A stretch of DNA of 30,947 bases from a virus (Duplodnaviria > Caudoviricetes), in the IMG/VR virus record IMGVR_UViG_3300044216_001273, positions 1 to 30,947 of that record, one strand, 5' to 3'. The position numbers were made by a program, and so were the translations under genes. Below are positions 8,032 through 15,547 of this stretch, in pieces. Position 1 is the first letter of the stretch. Every line of letters starts with the position of its first letter. The notes under the pieces are model-generated. The model saw only the letters and a list, made by a program, of their open reading frames with translations. It was not told the origin of the DNA and did not search any database.

Positions 8032-8271
8032 ATGAGAATAATTTTAATACTATTAATTATGTTTATACAAAGTTGTACAAAGGAGAATTGTGATTTAAGT
8101 TACTATCCTTCGCCACCTAGATTAGACCCACACCATGTAGAGTATGGAGACAATTACGTTAGATATGTTTTTGTTTGTATAAATGGCAACAATGAAGTTT
8201 ACGATTACTATATATCTGGTGATTGTTGGGAATTAGATTACACACAAACTTATAATTACGATTGCAAATGA
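8032..8271 (+). CDS. Predicted lipoprotein
   Basis: MRIILILLIMFIQS-C, a signal peptide II-like N-terminus. Confidence 0.7.
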   Translation: MRIILILLIMFIQSCTKENCDLSYYPSPPRLDPHHVEYGDNYVRYVFVCINGNNEVYDYYISGDCWELDYTQTYNYDCK

Positions 8272-9041
8272 AAGATTTATTTACAACATTAGATGGTGAA
8301 GTTTGGGACAGAAACGAACTTGTAGAAAAAGCAATACAAGATAAATTCTATTATGGTTATTTATCTAAGGCATGTTTATCTAGTAGTGCAATAAGCCAAT
8401 TACTAAAGTCTCCTAGAGAATATAAGAAACAAGATGATTTACCTACTGAATCTGATGCCCTTGCACAAGGTTATTTATTTCATGCAAGTATATTAGAAGA
8501 AGATAAATTTAATGAGTGTTTGTTCTTAGATGTAAAAACTAAAGCAAACAAAGAATATAAACTTGCCAAAACTGAAAGGTGGGATGTCTTTACAATTCGA
8601 GATAGGGATAAAGCATTACAGATGAGAGATAGATTTTATAATTGTCCTGATGCTAGAGATTTAATAGCTGATTGTGATTTTGAAGTACCACAAATAAATT
8701 ACTTAATGGATTATCCATTTAGAGCAAAAGCTGATGCTTTAGGTAGTTTACTAATAGATTTAAAGAGTACAAGTGATTTAAATAAATTTAAGTATAGTGC
8801 AAAGGCATGGAATTATGATAGTCAATGTTTCATATATTGTAATTTGTTTGGCAAATCATATAAAGATTTTAGATACATAACTATTGATAAAACTCCTACA
8901 AATGAAATTGGTATATTTGATGTAAGTGAGGATTTTTATTATAGTGGAGAACAGAAAGTAGATATGGCAATAAATGTTTATGAGAGATATATTAAAAATG
9001 ATTTCGACTTAAATGATTACTTAGTTATAGAAACTTTATGA
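8268..9041 (+). CDS. PD-(D/E)XK exonuclease (RecE/exonuclease VIII-like)
   Basis: LSSSAISQLLKSP, G-x-LFH, FEVP, RAKAD...IDLKST, YDSQ; plausible partner of Erf. Confidence 0.85.
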   Translation: MKDLFTTLDGEVWDRNELVEKAIQDKFYYGYLSKACLSSSAISQLLKSPREYKKQDDLPTESDALAQGYLFHASILEEDKFNECLFLDVKTKANKEYKLAKTERWDVFTIRDRDKALQMRDRFYNCPDARDLIADCDFEVPQINYLMDYPFRAKADALGSLLIDLKSTSDLNKFKYSAKAWNYDSQCFIYCNLFGKSYKDFRYITIDKTPTNEIGIFDVSEDFYYSGEQKVDMAINVYERYIKNDFDLNDYLVIETL

Positions 9042-9044
9042 AAG

Positions 9045-9239
9045 ATGGTATATTTAGACAAGGATGCGTGTTATGAAGATACTTTGTTATGTTTACAAAC
9101 GCACACAACAACACTAACCGATGTGGTTATAATTTTACAGCACTACGAACAACAAGAAGAATATGAGTGTTGTAGTGGTATATTAAAAGCAATTAATGAG
9201 TACAAGTCATCCCTTCGAGTTCTTGAATGTAGAGATTGA
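9045..9239 (+). CDS. Hypothetical protein
   Basis: 64 aa with YEQQEEYECCSGILKA, tightly packed with neighbours. Confidence 0.65.
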   Translation: MVYLDKDACYEDTLLCLQTHTTTLTDVVIILQHYEQQEEYECCSGILKAINEYKSSLRVLECRD

Positions 9240-9429
9240 AAACATAGAATATTATACTGAGTATAAAAATAATTTATGTCAGTTTATAATTAGGAATGGT
9301 TCTTATAAAAAAAGTTCTAATTTACATAATAGACAAAGGATAGTTCCAGAAGATATGAGAAAACTACTAAAAGAAATTCAAGATATAGAAATATTAATAT
9401 ATAAATTAAAGTATGAAAAATACGTATAG
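9196..9429 (+). CDS. Hypothetical protein
   Basis: 77 aa ORF bridging its neighbours. Confidence 0.5.
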   Translation: MSTSHPFEFLNVEIENIEYYTEYKNNLCQFIIRNGSYKKSSNLHNRQRIVPEDMRKLLKEIQDIEILIYKLKYEKYV

Positions 9430-9751
9430 AAAATTATTACAAAAAGAATCTCCTAATTTGTATAAGAATTATGAATCTATTATGCTAGAGCAGTTTGAAT
9501 TATTCTGTAAAAAGCAATTAGATTATGGTATAAGTAATATAAGTACAGGAGCTGACTTAGATACAGAAGAGGGCAAAAAGTTTGCATTATCTGGATTATG
9601 GTTTAGAATGAATGACAAGATAAGTCGTTGGAAAAACTTAATCATTAAGAATCGAAAAGCCAATAATGAATCGCTAGTTGATACGTTTCAAGACTTAGGA
9701 AACTATTCAATTATATCACAATTAATAAGTAAAAATCAATGGAAGAATTAG
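9413..9751 (+). CDS. Nucleotide modification associated domain 1 (DUF1599-like) protein
   Basis: KKQLDYG...RMNDKISR...ESLVDTFQDLGNYSII signature. Confidence 0.85.
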   Translation: MKNTYRKLLQKESPNLYKNYESIMLEQFELFCKKQLDYGISNISTGADLDTEEGKKFALSGLWFRMNDKISRWKNLIIKNRKANNESLVDTFQDLGNYSIISQLISKNQWKN

Positions 9752-10107
9752 AAGACAATAAAAAGAAACCTGATGGTCGCAAAAACAATGGTGCAGTCAA
9801 AGGCATCTCAAGAGGTCAAGGAAGAAAACCTAAAGCGACTGAAAAGAAGTTAAGTAGTTTTGCTTTACAGAGTATGAAGAAAGTATTTGGTAGTGAAGAA
9901 AAAGCATGGTTAGAACTTGCCAAGATGTCAAAGGAAAGTTTCCCTCACATGAGATTACTTTGGGAGTATAAATATGGCAAACCAAAAGAAAGAAAAGAAA
10001 TGGATATTAAAACAGAAGTAAACATTCCTGTTATTAATTTCTTAGATAAAAAAGAAGATACTATTGATATTGAAGCAGAAATAGATGAGGAATCTGAATC
10101 TAAATAA
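9739..10107 (+). CDS. terS: Terminase small subunit
   Basis: Directly upstream of TerL; DGRKNNG...GRKPK N-terminus; YKYGKPKE. Confidence 0.75.
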   Translation: MEELEDNKKKPDGRKNNGAVKGISRGQGRKPKATEKKLSSFALQSMKKVFGSEEKAWLELAKMSKESFPHMRLLWEYKYGKPKERKEMDIKTEVNIPVINFLDKKEDTIDIEAEIDEESESK

Positions 10108-11299
10108 AAAATATCAAGCTCTATTCAATTCAAAGAATAGATATTTTGTAGTTACGGGGGGTCGTGGTAGTGGGAAATCATTTGCAGTCAATACCTTTTT
10201 AGTATTACTAACCTTTGAAAAAGGACACAGGATATTGTTTACTCGTTTTACGATGACTTCAGCAGGTATGTCAATTATACCTGAATTTATTGAGAAGCTA
10301 GAATTAATGGGTATTGCTCAACAATTTACAATAACTAAAACAGAAATTATAAACAATTTAACAGGCAGTTCAATATACTTTAGTGGTATTAGAACAAGTA
10401 GTGGAGACCAAACTGCAAAGCTAAAGTCAATTCAAGGGGTATCTACATTTGTATTAGATGAAGCAGAGGAATTAACAGATGAAGAGAGTTTTGATAAAAT
10501 AGATTTTAGTATTAGGGCAAAAGAAGTGCCGAATAGATGTATATTAATTCTAAACCCTACTACAAAAGAGAATTGGATATATCAAAGGTTTTTTCAGAAT
10601 AGAGGCATCCCTGATGGATTTAATGGTAATATGAATGATATAACTTATATTCATACTACATACTTAGATAACAAAGAACATTTATCTGAATCGTTTGTAG
10701 CACAAATAGAGGATATGAAAGTTAGAAGACCTGAGAAATATAAGCATCAAATAATGGGTGGATGGTTGCAGAGAGCAGAGGGAGTTATATTTACTCATTG
10801 GAATATGGGTAAATTCAATAAGGATATAGATTCAATATTTGGTTTAGACTTTGGTTTTAGTGTAGACCCCTCAGCTTTAGTTGAAGTTGCCATTGATAAA
10901 ACTAGAAAAATTATTTGGTTAAAGGAACACTTTTATAAAACAGGATTAACAACAAGTCAAATATTTGATTTATGTATCAGATGTTGTGGCAAGAATTTAA
11001 TCGTAGCTGATAATAGTGAACCAAGACTTTTGGCTGAATTAAAAGTAAAAGGTTTAAATATAGTGCCGACAATAAAAAAGAAAGGAAGTATACTCACAGG
11101 AATTAGTTTAATGCAAGATTATAATATTATAATTGACAATTCAAGTGTTAATTTAATTCGTGAATTTAATAACTATTCATGGAAACTTACAGGTGCTATA
11201 CCACAAGATAATTTTAACCATGCTATTGATGGAAGTAGATATTCAATTCAATATTTATTAACTCGTTCTGTGCCTCATGGTAGCTATTTTGTAAAATAA
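10085..11299 (+). CDS. terL: Terminase large subunit (PBSX-type)
   Basis: Walker A GGRGSGKS, Walker B LDEAEE, LNP motif, nuclease GLDFGFSVDP and NHAIDGSRY. Confidence 0.97.
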   Translation: MRNLNLNKKYQALFNSKNRYFVVTGGRGSGKSFAVNTFLVLLTFEKGHRILFTRFTMTSAGMSIIPEFIEKLELMGIAQQFTITKTEIINNLTGSSIYFSGIRTSSGDQTAKLKSIQGVSTFVLDEAEELTDEESFDKIDFSIRAKEVPNRCILILNPTTKENWIYQRFFQNRGIPDGFNGNMNDITYIHTTYLDNKEHLSESFVAQIEDMKVRRPEKYKHQIMGGWLQRAEGVIFTHWNMGKFNKDIDSIFGLDFGFSVDPSALVEVAIDKTRKIIWLKEHFYKTGLTTSQIFDLCIRCCGKNLIVADNSEPRLLAELKVKGLNIVPTIKKKGSILTGISLMQDYNIIIDNSSVNLIREFNNYSWKLTGAIPQDNFNHAIDGSRYSIQYLLTRSVPHGSYFVK

Positions 11300-11388
11300 T
11301 TTACAGAGGTATATTTAATTTTTTATATTTTTTATTTGGATATGTCATGTGGAATGTATAGTATTGTATAAACATTAAAACAATTATT

Positions 11389-11649
11389 ATGAAAACAATT
11401 GAAAACGTAGAAGAACATTGGACTGCACTCGCCAATAAACATTTAAGAGGTGCAAGAATAATGAAAGTCGAATACATGACTAAAAACGAATTAGAAGATA
11501 ATATGTGGTATAAAAGCCCATTATGTCTTTTAATGAAGAAACCAAATGGAGAACAATTTTGGATGTACCCAAGTATGGATGATGAGGGAAATGATGGTGG
11601 CAGTTTGTTTACAACCATTAAAGAATATTCATATGTTCCAACAATTTAA
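11389..11649 (+). CDS. Hypothetical early protein
   Basis: 86 aa with PSMDDEGNDGGSL motif; A-rich leader; weak promoter TTG(11336)-N20-TAGTATTG upstream. Confidence 0.8.
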   Translation: MKTIENVEEHWTALANKHLRGARIMKVEYMTKNELEDNMWYKSPLCLLMKKPNGEQFWMYPSMDDEGNDGGSLFTTIKEYSYVPTI

Positions 11650-11659
11650 AACAAAGAAA

Positions 11660-11794
11660 ATGAAAAAAGCAAATTTAAAAGCAACCTTAAAAAGATACGA
11701 TGATAACAGATATTTTCATCGTAACGACTTTGATTGGATAGCAAAGAAAAACATCCAATTGATTGATGAAACATTTAAAAAGAAAAAGAAATGA
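11660..11794 (+). CDS. Small hypothetical protein (44 aa)
   Basis: ATG 11660 after an A-rich leader; ATGA overlap with the next ORF. Confidence 0.6.
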   Translation: MKKANLKATLKRYDDNRYFHRNDFDWIAKKNIQLIDETFKKKKK

Positions 11795-11940
11795 ATTTAA
11801 CAATAGAAAGAATAATTAATATCTGCCAAGACATAAAAGCAGATAATGAGTGGGTAAACGATAGTAACACTTATTCTGAATATAAAGGTGTTTGCGATGG
11901 TTTAAACAGATTAGTAAGACATTTAAAAGAAACAGAATGA
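11791..11940 (+). CDS. Small hypothetical protein (49 aa, not in ORF track)
   Basis: MNLTIERIINICQDIKADNEW...; ATGA overlaps at both ends. Confidence 0.7.
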   Translation: MNLTIERIINICQDIKADNEWVNDSNTYSEYKGVCDGLNRLVRHLKETE

Positions 11941-12098
11941 AAACATTAGATGAATTAAAAGAAATGGAATTAGGTGATTTAATGGACCACCTGATTGAAG
12001 CTGAGGATGCTATCAAATATTGTAGTTACAATAGAAAAGATATAGATTATCTTCATGCTCTTAGATATGAATTTCAACGCAGACAACAAAGAATATGA
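11937..12098 (+). CDS. Small hypothetical protein (53 aa)
   Basis: MKTLDELKEM...; ATGA overlaps at both ends. Confidence 0.7.
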   Translation: MKTLDELKEMELGDLMDHLIEAEDAIKYCSYNRKDIDYLHALRYEFQRRQQRI

Positions 12099-12262
12099 GA
12101 ACATTAGGCAAAATATTAATGTCGTTTTTTACGACAGACAAAACTCAGTATTGGTTAAGAATACCAACAAGTTTTGAAAGTAAAGAAGCTAAAGAAGATT
12201 TTATCTTTGGCACAATAGAATTTTTAAATAGTAAAACAGAAATCAATGACACGAACTCCTGA
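12095..12262 (+). CDS. Small hypothetical protein (55 aa, not in ORF track)
   Basis: MRTLGKILMSFF...YWLRIP; ATGA coupling to the upstream ORF. Confidence 0.65.
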   Translation: MRTLGKILMSFFTTDKTQYWLRIPTSFESKEAKEDFIFGTIEFLNSKTEINDTNS

Positions 12263-12416
12263 TATTGTAAGAGTGGAAATAAACCACCTTAGACAACTTC
12301 TGCATAATGCCACAGAAAAGAATGTAGAATATGAAAACAGAATAAAAGAATTAGAAGCTAAACTTGAGGTTTACCATACTAATTTAGAACACGAATACAG
12401 AAAGCAAAATGTATAA
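12246..12416 (+). CDS. Small coiled-coil protein (56 aa, not in ORF track)
   Basis: MTRTPDIVRVEINHLRQLL...RIKELEAKLEV. Confidence 0.65.
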   Translation: MTRTPDIVRVEINHLRQLLHNATEKNVEYENRIKELEAKLEVYHTNLEHEYRKQNV

Positions 12417-12564
12417 ATATACTTTTCATATTAAAGAATTTAATAGTGATGAGTATACTAAAGAATTCAACACGGATAGAAGTGTTGAGTGGACTATAAA
12501 ACAATATAGAAGAAACAGAAATATACAATATATGAATTTAATAAATAATGAAAACAATAATTAA
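12409..12564 (+). CDS. Small hypothetical protein (51 aa, not in ORF track)
   Basis: MYKYTFHIKE...TDRSVEWTIKQYRRNR; overlaps both neighbours. Confidence 0.65.
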   Translation: MYKYTFHIKEFNSDEYTKEFNTDRSVEWTIKQYRRNRNIQYMNLINNENNN

Positions 12565-12844
12565 GAATTTAAAAGAGTACAATAGAAATTTAATATCCAC
12601 ACCAAGAGAAAATATTAATACATTAGAAAATGATGTATTAATTGAAATATCATCTCATTGGCAAATAAAAGGAGAGGAGAAAGAAAATAGTGAGGTTTTA
12701 GCGAGGTTAGAGGTCTTTGGTTATACAATTACTCAACAAGAGTTAGAAGTGTTGTTAGAATCGCTTAAAATGATTTATACACTACATCCTGATGGTGAGA
12801 TAAAAATGAAAGTAATTCATAATCACGATTATCTAAATTGTTAA
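12548..12844 (+). CDS. Hypothetical protein
   Basis: 98 aa; last gene of the small-ORF chain. Confidence 0.75.
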   Translation: MKTIIKNLKEYNRNLISTPRENINTLENDVLIEISSHWQIKGEEKENSEVLARLEVFGYTITQQELEVLLESLKMIYTLHPDGEIKMKVIHNHDYLNC

Positions 12845-12930
12845 TTCAATATATGTAAATTTAATAGTATTTTTTCATGTTTGGTTTTTACCCCTGTCAA
12901 TTCAATAGCAATTCGATGGGGGTATTTTTT
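12845..12930 (+). ncRNA. Candidate small RNA 2 (3'UTR-type, anti-start-codon tract)
   Basis: TTTTTCATGTTTGGTTTTTA (12871-12890) directly before a terminator hairpin. Confidence 0.3.
12889..12930 (+). terminator. Rho-independent terminator
   Basis: TACCCCTGTC / GATGGGGGTA stem followed by T6. Confidence 0.8.
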
Positions 12931-12999
12931 GGCATATTTTTTATAAAATGCAATTAACCCAATTATCAAACATATAAAAAAAATATTTATAATTTTATT

Positions 13000-13029
13000 T
13001 TGTCAGTTGGAAATATTTATATACATTTG
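13000..13029 (+). promoter_or_regulatory. Bacteroidota housekeeping-type early promoter
   Basis: TTG 13000-13002, 19 nt spacer, TACATTTG 13022-13029; AT-rich upstream region. Confidence 0.8.
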
Positions 13030-13051
13030 AATATAATTTAAAAACAAAAAC

Positions 13052-13165
13052 ATGAAACAATTAAAAAACCTATTTACAAAAATTATACTAAGTGATAGAT
13101 TTATAAAGCTATTTATTTATTTAAGTGCCTTTGTATTTACTATTTTTTTCAGTATCGAACTCTAA
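13052..13165 (+). CDS. Small hydrophobic membrane peptide (37 aa, not in ORF track)
   Basis: MKQLKNLFTKIILSDRFIKLFIYLSAFVFTIFFSIEL; first ORF after the promoter, A-rich leader. Confidence 0.65.
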   Translation: MKQLKNLFTKIILSDRFIKLFIYLSAFVFTIFFSIEL

Positions 13166-13176
13166 AAATTAAAACA

Positions 13177-13434
13177 ATGGAAATATTAATGACAAAAACA
13201 AATTACATCAAGCCACTTAAGAATTGGCAAAAAAGAAAAACAGAAACCGAACAAATTACAAAAAAACAATATGAAAATATCATAAGTAATGATACATTAA
13301 ATTTTTTCAGGAATTTAGGAGGAACAGAACGAACAGACAAAAGTTATACATGTAGGGGTTATAATGTTACAAAATTAGTTAGCATTTGCCCATCAAAGAA
13401 AATAAAAACAATAAGACAATTTAAATTTAAATAA
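13177..13434 (+). CDS. Hypothetical basic early protein
   Basis: 85 aa with FFRNLGGTE motif. Confidence 0.75.
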   Translation: MEILMTKTNYIKPLKNWQKRKTETEQITKKQYENIISNDTLNFFRNLGGTERTDKSYTCRGYNVTKLVSICPSKKIKTIRQFKFK

Positions 13435-13435
13435 T

Positions 13436-13963
13436 ATGAAAACAAACGAAACACTTATACAAAGTTATCTTAATCAAGATGACAAAACACACGGACAGGT
13501 TAATAGTTTATTTTATGAATATGACAGAATTTATTCTTATGGGTATCATTATATACTTGGGCATTTTATAGACAAACAAAACTTAATTATTAATGATATT
13601 GGTTATTCTATGACAACATCAAAGCATATTAACCTCTTAATGTGGGAAGCACAGAAAAAAGGAATAAAAATTCATAGAATAACACAAATTGAATTAAATT
13701 ACGTTTATAATCAATTAAAATACTTTGAGCAAAAGTTAATCAAAGCAAGAAAGCCGTTAATATGGATAAATCAAATTAAAACTCTTTACGATACATTTAG
13801 AGAATTTAACAAAGTACATGGTATATTAATTATAACTAAATCACAATTTTTAGGACAAAATCTAAATTTTAGTAAAGTTGCCGAGCATAGTCAAAAGATT
13901 AAAGACATAGCAAACATTTTAAGCCGTGCAATAATTCAAGAGCATAATTTAATTGAGATATAG
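13436..13963 (+). CDS. Hypothetical early protein
   Basis: 175 aa with IYSYGYHY and YSMTTSKH motifs; followed by a terminator. Confidence 0.8.
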   Translation: MKTNETLIQSYLNQDDKTHGQVNSLFYEYDRIYSYGYHYILGHFIDKQNLIINDIGYSMTTSKHINLLMWEAQKKGIKIHRITQIELNYVYNQLKYFEQKLIKARKPLIWINQIKTLYDTFREFNKVHGILIITKSQFLGQNLNFSKVAEHSQKIKDIANILSRAIIQEHNLIEI

Positions 13964-13996
13964 TAATTAAAAATTAATTAAAGTTTATTAATATTT

Positions 13997-14027
13997 AGAG
14001 GGGGTTTTTTAAACCCTCTTTTTTTTT
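13997..14027 (+). terminator. Rho-independent terminator
   Basis: AGAGGG..TTT / AAACCCTCT stem followed by a T run. Confidence 0.8.
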
Positions 14028-14329
14028 GTTTTTATTTAAATAGTTGATTATCAGAGATAAAAGATTAATTAAACTATTTTTTTTTATTATTCCTCTAAAT
14101 TCTACCCAAAAGACACAATTTAAGCCACTTTTTGTGCGATTTAAGAGCATATTAGTTTAATTCTATATATATAGTCCACTTTTTTAGTATAACGCCTTAG
14201 AAACGCTTATATTTATTGAGTATGCCTGTTTTCAATCTTGTATCCTTTATTACCCTACTCTCTCTACAAATCATAGTTTCCATCTGACACTTGTCAATTC
14301 AATATGAATTCAATACCTTTATGAATCTA

Positions 14330-14578
14330 ATGAGTAAAAAGATTTCTACTTTATACTATACCAATCTGGCACATTCAATAAATGCGATTGCATTTTGTGT
14401 AGATAAAGGAATCAAGGTTTATGCTGTGCCAAAGAACGATAAAGAATACTATGTTGAAGTAAACAATAATGGTAATATAACCAGAAGTCCTGTTGCTTAT
14501 GGCAAAAAAGAATGGAGTGAAAAGATATATGAATTATATGTTCACTACTATAAAAAATATAACGCTAGTGACAATTAG
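14330..14578 (+). CDS. Hypothetical protein
   Basis: ATG at 14321 or 14330; FCVDKGIKVYAVP...YYVEVNNNG. Confidence 0.7.
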   Translation: MSKKISTLYYTNLAHSINAIAFCVDKGIKVYAVPKNDKEYYVEVNNNGNITRSPVAYGKKEWSEKIYELYVHYYKKYNASDN

Positions 14579-14607
14579 TCAGAACATATATATTATATAT
14601 ATATATA

Positions 14608-14671
14608 CATAGTGTTATATAAGCATAGTGTATAATATACATAGTGTATTACATGCATAGTGTATAACATA
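14608..14671 (+). repeat. Four tandem 16-bp units beginning CATAGTGT
   Basis: CATAGTGT at 14608, 14624, 14640 and 14656 (exact 16-bp period), flanked by (TA)n. Confidence 0.85.
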
Positions 14672-14735
14672 TATGTAACATACATAAATAATAACATATT
14701 CTACCTGACATATATTCAGGTGAGTATATTGAGAT

Positions 14736-14762
14736 ACAAAGTTTAAGTAAATTATTAATTAT
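14736..14762 (+). promoter_or_regulatory. Candidate phage-sigma late promoter (start of structural operon)
   Basis: ACAA-N13-TATTAATTAT. Confidence 0.55.
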
Positions 14763-14765
14763 TAT

Positions 14766-15476
14766 ATGGCAAGAAAAAGAATTGAACTAGAAGTACCTGC
14801 AGCTCTTGAAGATATTAAATTATGGCAATATCAAAAGTACATGAAAATTGTGGATTCTCACAAAGACGCTGAAGAAACAGATGAGCTTGTAAACTTTTTA
14901 AATATGAAACTTGTTGAGATATTTTGTGACGTTAGTTTAAAGGATGTTTCTAAAATATCTGTAAGAGGATATAAGAAGATATTAGACATACTAAACAAAG
15001 CATTTGAAGAGAAACCTAAGCTAGTACAAAGATTCGAGTTAGAAGGTGTGGATATGGGATTTATACCAAAGTTAGATGATATTAGTTTAGGCGAGTATGT
15101 CGATATTGAAAATAACATTTCTGATTGGCAAAAAATGCATAAAGCGATGGCTGTATTATACAGGCCAGTTAATTTTAAGCTAGGCAATAAATACGGAATA
15201 GCACCTTATGAAGTCAAGGAAGAAATACAAGAGATAATGAAAGAAATGCCAATGAATGTAGTAATAAGTTCAATGGTTTTTTTTTACGATTTAGGGAAAG
15301 CGTTACTGGGAGCTATACCGAAATATATGGAGAAGAATCTCACGAGTTCACAGATTTATCAGCTAGAGCAACATTTGCAAAAAAGTGGGGTTGGTATCAA
15401 TCAATCTATGCACTTGCTAAAGGAAATGTCCTACAGTTCGATAGGATTACCAAGCTACCACTTTTCCAATGTTTAA
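14766..15476 (+). CDS. Putative tail assembly chaperone (0-frame product)
   Basis: 236 aa containing a T9 slippery run at 15277-15285; function inferred by analogy with lambda gpG/gpGT. Confidence 0.6.
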   Translation: MARKRIELEVPAALEDIKLWQYQKYMKIVDSHKDAEETDELVNFLNMKLVEIFCDVSLKDVSKISVRGYKKILDILNKAFEEKPKLVQRFELEGVDMGFIPKLDDISLGEYVDIENNISDWQKMHKAMAVLYRPVNFKLGNKYGIAPYEVKEEIQEIMKEMPMNVVISSMVFFYDLGKALLGAIPKYMEKNLTSSQIYQLEQHLQKSGVGINQSMHLLKEMSYSSIGLPSYHFSNV

Positions 15477-15547
15477 ATTATTTGGCATTTGAGAAAGAAA
15501 AAATAGAGATAGAGAATCAAGAAATAAAAAAGGCATATAAGACATGA
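15278..15547 (+). CDS. -1 frameshift extension of the 14766 gene (fusion about 260 aa)
   Basis: ATG-less -1 frame FLRFRESVTGSY...KKWGWYQSIYALAKG...QCLNYLAFEKEK...AYKT; its TGA (15545-15547) overlaps the next ATG (15544). Confidence 0.75.
   Translation, partial: FFLRFRESVTGSYTEIYGEESHEFTDLSARATFAKKWGWYQSIYALAKGNVLQFDRITKLPLFQCLNYLAFEKEKIEIENQEIKKAYKT

Noticed and set aside
14608-14671. Mini CRISPR array
   Set aside because: An 8-bp constant part with an 8-bp variable part is far too short for repeats and spacers, and there are no cas genes.
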